Assembly: GCA_025451095.1 (NCBI GenBank)
Contig: JANWLB010000013.1
Coordinates: forward strand, 4,244 to 68,243
DNA length: 64,000 nucleotides
Origin: Alphaproteobacteria bacterium
Lineage (GTDB): Bacteria > Pseudomonadota > Alphaproteobacteria > Micavibrionales > Micavibrionaceae
Reading direction: 5' to 3'
Positions within the stretch are counted from its first letter, which is position 1; the number at the start of each line of letters is the position of its first letter. Made by a program: the position numbers and the translations under genes. Below, in pieces: positions 57,129 through 64,000 of this stretch. The notes under the pieces were generated by a model. It ran no database searches. It was given only the letters and a program-made list of their open reading frames with translations, and was not told the DNA's origin.

Positions 57129-57785
57129 ATGAAATTCTTCGTCGATACGGCCGACATTAACGAAATCCGCGATCTGGCCGCCACGGGCCTTCTGGACGGG
57201 GTCACCACCAACCCTTCCCTCGTTGCCAAAACAGGCAAAAACTTTCTCGATCTGGTGGCCGAGATCTGCGGCGTTGTCAAAGGCCCGGTCAGCGCCGAAG
57301 TCGCGGCGACCGATTATGAAACCATGCTGAAAGAAGGGCGTAAAATCTCCAAGATCGCCAAGAACATCGCGGTCAAGGTGCCTCTGACTCCCGCCGGCCT
57401 CAAAGTTTGCAAAGCACTGGCGGATGACGGGATCATGGTCAATGTGACGCTGTGCTTCACCCCCGCCCAGGCTATCCTGGCCGCCAAGGCCGGCGCCAAA
57501 TTCATCTCCCCCTTCGTCGGGCGGCTGGACGACATCTCGACCGACGGCATGGCCCTGATCGCCGATATCGTGCAGATATACGAAAACTATCCCGACTGGA
57601 ACACCGAAGTGCTGGTCGCTTCCGTGCGTCACCCGGTACACATCGTTGAATCGGCAAAAATGGGAGCGCATGTCGTGACTTGCCCGCCGGACGTCATCCG
57701 CAAACTTTACAGCCATCCCCTGACGGACAAGGGACTCGTAACCTTCGTGGAAGACTGGAAGAAGACAGGCCAAAGCATTCTGTAA
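57129..57785 (+). CDS. tal: short transaldolase / fructose-6-phosphate aldolase family enzyme
   Basis: Internal Met126 of the tracked ORF begins [13 protein letters not shown]. Also has GVTTNPSL and the [10 protein letters not shown] Schiff-base Lys context. 218 aa. Confidence 0.93.
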   Translation: MKFFVDTADINEIRDLAATGLLDGVTTNPSLVAKTGKNFLDLVAEICGVVKGPVSAEVAATDYETMLKEGRKISKIAKNIAVKVPLTPAGLKVCKALADDGIMVNVTLCFTPAQAILAAKAGAKFISPFVGRLDDISTDGMALIADIVQIYENYPDWNTEVLVASVRHPVHIVESAKMGAHVVTCPPDVIRKLYSHPLTDKGLVTFVEDWKKTGQSIL

Positions 57786-57858
57786 GCAATAAAATCCTTA
57801 ATTTCTTGACAGCCGTCTCTGTCCGGTGGATAACGTATTGCATAATAAAGGGAAGCCT

Positions 57859-58242
57859 ATGGAACGTATTCAGCGCGCTATCTTCTGGGCCATCGTTGTG
57901 TCGGAAACCGGCCACGTCTTCTGCTGTGTCCTGCCAACGATTATCAGCCTCGCCAGTCTTCTGGCCGGCGTGGGCATGCTGTCCATCCTGCCTGCCGGCA
58001 TTCTGGCTTTTCACGAATTGATGCATAAATGGGAACTACCAATGATCGCCCTCTCCGCCGCCGTGCTGGGCCTGGGCTGGATACTCAACGCCATCAGCGA
58101 GCGCATCGACTGTCACAGCACAGGCTGCCATCACGGCCCCTGCAAACCTAAAAAGCTGAGCGCCAAGGGCATCCTGATTTTCGCCACCGCGCTGTTCGTT
58201 TTCAATACCGCCATATACTTCCTTTTCCATTACGGCAAATAA
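57859..58242 (+). CDS. Cys/His-rich four-TM membrane protein (possible MerC-like metal transporter)
   Basis: The start is preceded by AAGGGAAG. It has an FCCV pair in TM1 and a CHSTGCHHGPC loop. The family is not verified. Confidence 0.5.
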   Translation: MERIQRAIFWAIVVSETGHVFCCVLPTIISLASLLAGVGMLSILPAGILAFHELMHKWELPMIALSAAVLGLGWILNAISERIDCHSTGCHHGPCKPKKLSAKGILIFATALFVFNTAIYFLFHYGK

Positions 58243-58266
58243 TAAAAGCGGGGACGGGAGAAGAAC

Positions 58267-58545
58267 ATGGGAAGACTGAGCAAACTGTTCAACATAATTC
58301 GCTATAACATGGCGGCCTACGACGTATGCACCTTTCCGGCCGTCCAGACCGAACTGGAGAAAGATGGCTGGAAGTTCGATCTTTTCATGATGCCGATGCC
58401 CACACTGGCTCCTTACGGTGCCATGTCCTATGCAAAAATCATCACCACCCCGGAAGGCCGGCCGGTTAACGAGCGTGTTGAAGACATCGAACGCTATTAT
58501 GAGGCCCGCCGCGCTGTCGCCGCCCGCCTTTATCTGACCCCCTGA
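58267..58545 (+). CDS. hypothetical 92-aa protein
   Basis: ORF with GGGAGAAG upstream of its ATG. No family recognised. Confidence 0.45.
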   Translation: MGRLSKLFNIIRYNMAAYDVCTFPAVQTELEKDGWKFDLFMMPMPTLAPYGAMSYAKIITTPEGRPVNERVEDIERYYEARRAVAARLYLTP

Positions 58546-58647
58546 TCAAGCCGCCCTGAGAATTTTGCGGCTTTTTCTGAAAAAACGCGGTGACCTTCCG
58601 CCCACTCCCGGCTACAATGATTCTGGAGAATCCAGGAGTTTCCTGCC

Positions 58648-59358
58648 ATGCCTGAAGCCATGACACAATCCGATAACAAAACACCCCTGACCGAAGACGA
58701 CATCATAGCCTGGCTGAAGAAGAATCCCCGCTTCCTTCAGCAGAACCCCGACGCCGTGGATCTCCTGCTGCCGCCGCGCGAGGAAAAGGGCAAGGGCATC
58801 GCCGATTTCCAGTATTACATGCTCCAGCGCCTGCGCACCGACCGCGACGAGGTCGTCGAAAGCACACGGGAGATCGTGGCCACCAGCCGCGCCAACATGA
58901 ACAGCCAGGCCCGCATCCATACGGCCGTCCTTATGCTGCTCGAAGCCACGGATTTCAACGAACTCCTGCGCACCATCACCATGGACTTCGCCGCCATACT
59001 CGATGTCGATATTGTGAGCCTGATTGTTGAAACCGAAGATTCCTTCATTCCACACGTCGATCTTACCGGCGTGCGTGTCGTCACGCCGGGCAGCATTGAC
59101 CTCCTGATGAAGGATCGCACAATCATCCTTGAATCGAAAATTTCCGGCTTCGACGAGCTGTATGGCGGCGGCGCAGGACTGGTAAAATCGCAGGCACTGG
59201 CCCGCCTCAACGTATCGCGCAAGGCGCCGCCCATGCTACTGGCCTTCGGCAGCCGCGACCCCGAACTTTTCCAGTACGGCCAGGGTACGGAACTGATCGC
59301 GTTTCTGGCCAAGGTTATCGAACGCTGCTTCAGGATATGGCTGAACCTGTCAACATAG
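58648..59358 (+). CDS. DUF484-family (GAF-like) protein
   Basis: DDIIAWLKKNPRFLQQNPD...ADFQYYMLQRLR is the DUF484 N-terminal pattern. Located upstream of xerC and overlapping it, the usual arrangement. Confidence 0.85.
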   Translation: MPEAMTQSDNKTPLTEDDIIAWLKKNPRFLQQNPDAVDLLLPPREEKGKGIADFQYYMLQRLRTDRDEVVESTREIVATSRANMNSQARIHTAVLMLLEATDFNELLRTITMDFAAILDVDIVSLIVETEDSFIPHVDLTGVRVVTPGSIDLLMKDRTIILESKISGFDELYGGGAGLVKSQALARLNVSRKAPPMLLAFGSRDPELFQYGQGTELIAFLAKVIERCFRIWLNLST

Positions 59359-60290
59359 CACAGGCTCTGGAGTCTTGCGCCGCCGACATGGCGGATGCGC
59401 TTCTGGCCTGGCGTAAATGGCTTCAGGTCGAAAAAAGGGTTTCCCCCCACACATTGCGGGCCTATCTTCACGATGTATCGCAGTTCATCACCTTTCTTTC
59501 CGGCCATCACGGGCGTGCCCTCAGCCTGAACGATCTGTCGTCTGCCGATATACGCGATTTCCGCGCATGGCTTTCGCGACGGGCGATTGATGGCGCCGGC
59601 GCCGCCACGCGCGCGCGATCACTCTCCGGTGTAAAAAATTATCTCTCCTGGCTGGACCGTCAGGGCATCATGCACAACCCGGCCATCAAGACCGTACGCA
59701 CGCCCAAACAGCCGCATAAACTGCCGCGCCCGCTGCACAAGGACCAGGCCTTCCGCCTGCTCGATCGCCCGGAAGGGGAAGAAAGCTGGATTGACGTGCG
59801 CAACCGCGCGCTCTTCACGCTATTGTATGGCTGCGGCCTGCGGATCGATGAGGCGCTGCGCCTGAATGTAGGAGATCTGCCGCGCAACGGGTTCCTGCGC
59901 GTCATGGGCAAGGGCCGCAAGGAACGGCAGGTGCCCGTTTTGTCCGAGGTCGAAGCCGTTCTCAAGCAATATCGCGATGTCTGTCCTCTCGCCGAAACGC
60001 CGGAACGGCCTCTGTTCATGGGCGAGAAAGGCAAGCGCCTTCATCAGGGCGTGGCTCAGAAAATCATGCGGGAGATGCGCAAGACCCTGCGCCTGCCGGA
60101 AACCGCCACCCCTCATGCACTGCGGCATAGTTTTGCATCGCACTTGCTGCAAAATGGCGCCAATTTAAGGGAGATACAGGAACTTCTCGGCCACAGCTCC
60201 CTGAGCACGACCCAGCGTTATACAGAAATTGATGGCAAAGAACTCCTGAAAGTCTATAATGCCGCCCATCCCCGGCAGAGGGACGCTTAG
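59337..60290 (+). CDS. xerC: site-specific tyrosine recombinase
   Basis: GLRIDEAL, HALRHSFASHLL and LLGHSSLSTTQRYT, with the catalytic RHRY residues in place. The DUF484 partner favours XerC. Confidence 0.9.
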   Translation: MAEPVNIAQALESCAADMADALLAWRKWLQVEKRVSPHTLRAYLHDVSQFITFLSGHHGRALSLNDLSSADIRDFRAWLSRRAIDGAGAATRARSLSGVKNYLSWLDRQGIMHNPAIKTVRTPKQPHKLPRPLHKDQAFRLLDRPEGEESWIDVRNRALFTLLYGCGLRIDEALRLNVGDLPRNGFLRVMGKGRKERQVPVLSEVEAVLKQYRDVCPLAETPERPLFMGEKGKRLHQGVAQKIMREMRKTLRLPETATPHALRHSFASHLLQNGANLREIQELLGHSSLSTTQRYTEIDGKELLKVYNAAHPRQRDA

Positions 60291-60347
60291 AAAAATAAAC
60301 TTAAAATCGGGAGGTCTGCCATTCTTTCAGGGCTTGGAAAAAAGTCT

Positions 60348-60797
60348 TTGTATCTTATTTTTGGCGCGGCCGCTCTGGGGTGGAGCCATGCCAGCGCGCT
60401 GGCGTCCACTGTCATTAACTATAAAAGCCTTTCCGATACCGGCGTGCAGTTCCCCGTCGTTGAATTCAAAATCATGCCCGGCGACAAGTTGCAGTTCGAG
60501 ATTAACGCCGGGGATGTGAGCATCCCCGGCTACCTCTGGGCAAAAATGTGGGGCAAAGATTTCGGCTATCACACGCCTGCCGTCAAAGAGAATGAGAAGA
60601 AAAAAATCTGCCCTTTCATGGAAGCCGAGAGTCATGAGATCGAAAAACTCGATCTCACCCACTACCGTGTTACGCTTAAACTGCCCACAGCTGTAATCGA
60701 CGCCATTTCAAAGGTGGGATGTGCCGTAACGTCTCCCGGCGATGAAAAGGGCGGGCTGAAAAAAGACAGATCTGGGAAACCAGCGCCCGGGGCCTAG
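60348..60797 (+). CDS. secreted hypothetical protein
   Basis: Signal-like LIFGAAALGWSHASALA. The tracked start is TTG 60348. An in-frame ATT at 60321 sits 6 nt after GGGAGG and may be the true start. Confidence 0.5.
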   Translation: MYLIFGAAALGWSHASALASTVINYKSLSDTGVQFPVVEFKIMPGDKLQFEINAGDVSIPGYLWAKMWGKDFGYHTPAVKENEKKKICPFMEAESHEIEKLDLTHYRVTLKLPTAVIDAISKVGCAVTSPGDEKGGLKKDRSGKPAPGA

Positions 60798-60811
60798 ACC
60801 AGCCCTGAAAC

Positions 60812-62206
60812 CTATATATGAATGGGCCGGCCGGCCACCGCCAGGGCGGCTTCCTTGATCGCCTCCTCCAGCGTCGGGTGCGCATGGCAGGTGCGGGCAA
60901 TATCCTCCGCCGACGCGCCGAATTCCATAGCCAGAACGGCCTCGGAAATCAGGGTGCCCGCCTCGGGCCCGATGATGTGGACACCCAGCACCCGATCGGT
61001 TTTGGCATCGGCCAGTATTTTTACAAAACCGTCGATACAGTTCATCGCACGGGCACGCCCGTTCGCCATGAAGGGGAATTTTCCAACCTTGTAAGCAACG
61101 CCGCTGTCTTTCAGCTGCTCCTCGGTCTTGCCGACCTGCGCCGCTTCCGGCCAGGTATAAACCACGCCGGGAATGAGATTGTAATCAATGTGGCCGGACT
61201 GGCCCGCCAGCATTTCCGCAAGGATCATACCTTCATCTTCCGCCTTGTGCGCCAGCATGGGCCCGGCAATGACATCGCCAATCGCATAGACGCCCGCCGC
61301 CGACGTCCTGAATTTTTCGTCGATCTTGATGCGACCGCGCTCGTCAACGGCGACGCCGGCCTTCTCCAGACCCAGCCCCTCGGTATAGGGCTTGCGGCCC
61401 ACGGCGACGAGCACAATATCGGTCGTCAGCGTTTCAGCCTTGCCGCCGGCGGCGGGCTCGACAGTCAGCTCTACACCCTTGCCAGTCGCCTGCGCTTTTG
61501 AAACCTTTGTACCGAGCCTGAAATTCATGCCCTGCTTCTTGAGGATTTTCTGCATCTCCTTCGAGACTTCGCCATCCATGCCCGGCAGTATGCGATCCAG
61601 ATATTCGACCACTGTCACGTCAGCGCCCAGCCGCCGCCAGACCGTTCCCATTTCCAGACCGATATAGCCGCCGCCAATGACCACCATGCTTTTGGGAACG
61701 GCAGGCAGAGTGAGAGCGCCCGTCGAAGAAACGATTTTCTTTTCATCGATCACGATGTTCGGCAGAGAGACAGTGTCCGAACCGGTGGCGATGATGATGT
61801 GCTTCGCAGCATAGCTGTCCTTGCCGATTCTGACTTCGCCTTTTCCGGCCAGCGTTGCTTCCCCCTTGAGCCAGTCGATCTTGTTTTTCTTGAACAGGAA
61901 CTCAACCCCCCTCGTGTTCGCCTCAACAACCTTGTCCTTGTGGCCGGCCATGCCTTTCAGATCCAGGCTGACCCCGCTGACTTTCACCCCAAAGGAGTCC
62001 AGATGCGTGCGGGCCTCGTCGTATTTCTCCGATGCGTGCAGCAGGGCCTTGGAAGGGATACAGCCCACATTCAGGCAGGTGCCTCCCAGTGCCGGGCGCT
62101 TTTCCACGCAGGCTGTCTTCAGACCCAGCTGGGCGCAGCGTATGGCGCAGACATAGCCCCCGGGTCCCGCCCCGATCACGATCACGTCATAAGACTTCTC
62201 AGCCAT
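60812..62206 (-). CDS. lpdA: dihydrolipoyl dehydrogenase (E3)
   Basis: [10 protein letters not shown] (FAD-binding), the redox-active [13 protein letters not shown], and the C-terminal HAHPTLEE. Confidence 0.95.
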   Translation of the reverse strand: MAEKSYDVIVIGAGPGGYVCAIRCAQLGLKTACVEKRPALGGTCLNVGCIPSKALLHASEKYDEARTHLDSFGVKVSGVSLDLKGMAGHKDKVVEANTRGVEFLFKKNKIDWLKGEATLAGKGEVRIGKDSYAAKHIIIATGSDTVSLPNIVIDEKKIVSSTGALTLPAVPKSMVVIGGGYIGLEMGTVWRRLGADVTVVEYLDRILPGMDGEVSKEMQKILKKQGMNFRLGTKVSKAQATGKGVELTVEPAAGGKAETLTTDIVLVAVGRKPYTEGLGLEKAGVAVDERGRIKIDEKFRTSAAGVYAIGDVIAGPMLAHKAEDEGMILAEMLAGQSGHIDYNLIPGVVYTWPEAAQVGKTEEQLKDSGVAYKVGKFPFMANGRARAMNCIDGFVKILADAKTDRVLGVHIIGPEAGTLISEAVLAMEFGASAEDIARTCHAHPTLEEAIKEAALAVAGRPIHI

Positions 62207-62381
62207 TGAAAATCCATATAATCACAAGGTGTTAGGCAAAATGCCCGGATGGGGCAGTTTACTCTATAGATGGGGGCGCGGAAAGGCTTTTGGCAGATCC
62301 TATTTCCCAGAAAACCGTTTAAAAACAGCATTGAATATGAGATTCGTCCACAGTTTTTATGCGTTTTCATAATAAAATTTC

Positions 62382-62410
62382 TTGACAAGTACATGAGTCA
62401 TTCCTTAAAT
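62382..62410 (+). promoter_or_regulatory. sigma70-like promoter (TTGACA-17 nt-TTAAAT)
   Basis: Read directly: TTGACA at 62382-62387 and TTAAAT at 62405-62410. It lies about 30 nt upstream of the CYTH gene start. Confidence 0.35.
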
Positions 62411-62440
62411 AAAGGAACGTTAACCGAGTAAAGCGAGTCG

Positions 62441-63490
62441 ATGGGAAGATCTGTACACAGAGCCATTTCCTCTTCTGCCCACCCCAGCGCCCTGGCGCGC
62501 CCTTTTAATGCCCGCGCACTTGATGTCAATGAACTCGAAAGCAAGTTTCTCGTTAAAAAAGCAGACCGGGCCGTTTTCGATAAGATAAAGTCCTATTTCG
62601 AGGCCAAAGGCTGGGTCCAGTATCATACGGACGATTACCACCTTCTGACCCGCCAGCTCGACACTGTCGACCGTCGGCTTCTGCAAGACGGCTTTACCCT
62701 GCGTATCCGCGGCAATTGCAAGGACCGCGATATCAACAATATCAACAGATCCGACATCTGCGCCAAGACCGATAAAAGGGAATTGCCCAACGGCGCGCTC
62801 CTGCGTGGCGAATACGAAGCCCGCACGAACAGCTTTGAGCAAATCACCCTCAGCGCCCTTCTGAAAAAATACCCCCGCGAAGATTACCCTGAAATTCATG
62901 ACGTCCTGAAGGGCGTAAAAGCCAAAGACCTGATGGAACATTTCCGCATTGATGTCTATCGCACACGCTATGTGCTGGAGCTGCCCCGGGAGGAGACCGG
63001 CAGCGGCAAACGCTTCGTATGTGAAGTAGACATGGATGATGTGGCTTTCGTTCTCGATATTCCCGGCCTGAAACAACCCCTCCTTTTCCACCATGACCTG
63101 GAAGTGGAATGCGAGGCGCTTCTTAAGCCCTGCGAATACGATCTGCATGCCGGAGCCAAGGCGTGCCCGCCCATGAGCGTCGCGGAACTGGAGCAGGCCA
63201 TGACCGTCCTGAAGCAGCACCTCGTAAAGGCCGGCGGTGGTCAGCTGAAGGAAAACCACCTGGGCAAGGGCGAGCGCGGCTTCAGAGCCCTGGACCGCGT
63301 TGAAAGCGTTCTTTTGCAGTATCTGAGCCCGAATACAGCCTGCGAGCCCCGTGACCGGCCTTCGGCTCTGCGCACCGCCTTTGTTTTGAACGCCGCCAAC
63401 GACAACCGCGGCGCGCAGGTTGATCTTTCCGGGGTCCTGCCCTACCTGCGCCGTGCCCTTAGAAACCACGATATCGCCCTGCGGCAATAG
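62441..63490 (+). CDS. CYTH-domain (triphosphate tunnel metalloenzyme) protein with a C-terminal extension
   Basis: ELESKFLV is the ExExK signature at the expected N-terminal position. Further acidic/basic beta-strand pattern (FTLRIRG, LRGEYEAR, CEVDMDDV, LEVECE). The antisense ORF 62420..63487 is rejected. Confidence 0.7.
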   Translation: MGRSVHRAISSSAHPSALARPFNARALDVNELESKFLVKKADRAVFDKIKSYFEAKGWVQYHTDDYHLLTRQLDTVDRRLLQDGFTLRIRGNCKDRDINNINRSDICAKTDKRELPNGALLRGEYEARTNSFEQITLSALLKKYPREDYPEIHDVLKGVKAKDLMEHFRIDVYRTRYVLELPREETGSGKRFVCEVDMDDVAFVLDIPGLKQPLLFHHDLEVECEALLKPCEYDLHAGAKACPPMSVAELEQAMTVLKQHLVKAGGGQLKENHLGKGERGFRALDRVESVLLQYLSPNTACEPRDRPSALRTAFVLNAANDNRGAQVDLSGVLPYLRRALRNHDIALRQ

Positions 63491-63572
63491 ACGCCTTTTC
63501 AGCCCCCGTCATTTCGCCTATCCTGTCATAAGTGCGCTTTGACCTCTTTTATTCATATTGTCCATATTGCCT

Positions 63573-64000
63573 ATGACGGCCTTAGATCCCTTTGAGCAAA
63601 CACAAAAGGCGGTGGACATTGTTAACACCAGCCCGCATCCCGCCAACAAAATTGCCGCCACAATTTTCGGCAGCGACAAGGATAGGGGCGCTTTCAGTTT
63701 TTCGCGGACCAATTACTGGCCCAAGCCTCTTGTTGACAATTTCGGCATCGAAACCCGGATCGGCAACAGCAGCGGCACAATTCATGCAGAAACTGCCTGC
63801 CTGCTCGCCGCCCCTGTGACCGAAGGCGCCAGGATTTGCGTTACAGATCCTTTTTGTCCCAATTGCGCAAAGAATATAGCCGAGGCCGGAATCAGCACGA
63901 TCTATATCGACCACAAGGGATTCGACAAGGATTTTGCGGAACGGCGCGGCCATCATTTTGAATCACTGTCCATGCAGATTGTGGAGCGTGCCGGAATCAG
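63573..64000 (+). CDS. CMP/dCMP-deaminase-fold zinc protein (5' partial, runs off the window)
   Basis: Hand translation from ATG 63573: MTALDPFEQ...GTIHAETACLL...DPFCPNCAKNI, giving HAE plus PCxxC. Absent from the ORF track because no stop lies within the window. Confidence 0.7.
   Translation, partial: MTALDPFEQTQKAVDIVNTSPHPANKIAATIFGSDKDRGAFSFSRTNYWPKPLVDNFGIETRIGNSSGTIHAETACLLAAPVTEGARICVTDPFCPNCAKNIAEAGISTIYIDHKGFDKDFAERRGHHFESLSMQIVERAGI

Noticed and set aside
59337-60290. Tyrosine recombinase as a marker of an integrated mobile element
   Set aside because: It is paired with DUF484 and surrounded by housekeeping genes (tal, priA, lpdA). There are no att-like repeats, tRNA or phage/plasmid genes. 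It is the chromosomal XerC.
62420-63487. 355-aa ORF on the - strand, nearly coextensive with the CYTH gene
   Set aside because: The + strand frame carries the ExExK CYTH signature, balanced composition and a promoter. The - strand product has no recognisable motif.

Overview
This is a 64-kb chromosomal segment, most consistent with a moderately GC-rich alphaproteobacterium. The supporting markers are a class I lysyl-tRNA synthetase, PhaR with phbA/phbB, DUF484-xerC, an F1-only atpHAGDC operon, and an RHH gene next to fumC. I support about 70 protein-coding genes. I saw no rRNA, tRNA, CRISPR array, transposase or prophage genes. The housekeeping backbone is purE-purK, fumC, uvrB, lysK, a DinG-like helicase, pabB-pabA-pabC, priA, tal, xerC, lpdA and the F1 ATP synthase genes. 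Five things stand out. (1) A roughly 9-kb pair of convergent operons (45227-53967) combines a complete Dlt-like acyl/aminoacyl-transfer set with other envelope enzymes. The Dlt-like set is an adenylation-carrier fusion, a DltB-like MBOAT, a 47-aa DltX-like micro-ORF absent from the ORF track, and a membrane-anchored SGNH protein. The other enzymes are a PAP2_3 phosphotransferase-like membrane protein, an EEP phosphodiesterase, a sulfotransferase and two tandem TraX-family proteins. I regard this as the best candidate for an undescribed envelope-modification system. (2) The normally invariant F1 operon atpH-A-G-D-C is interrupted at three junctions by five tightly coupled non-atp ORFs, one of which is a secreted class-A PAP2 acid phosphatase. 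(3) An untracked 29-codon ORF with 17 of 29 residues lysine sits beside the PHA locus, with a strong SD and a bidirectional terminator. (4) An ABC-2 exporter is translationally coupled inside the pab operon. (5) There is a DUF2089 / LemA-fusion / TPM operon and several A/T-rich single-gene islets. All family assignments come from motif recognition by eye, and no database search was run.
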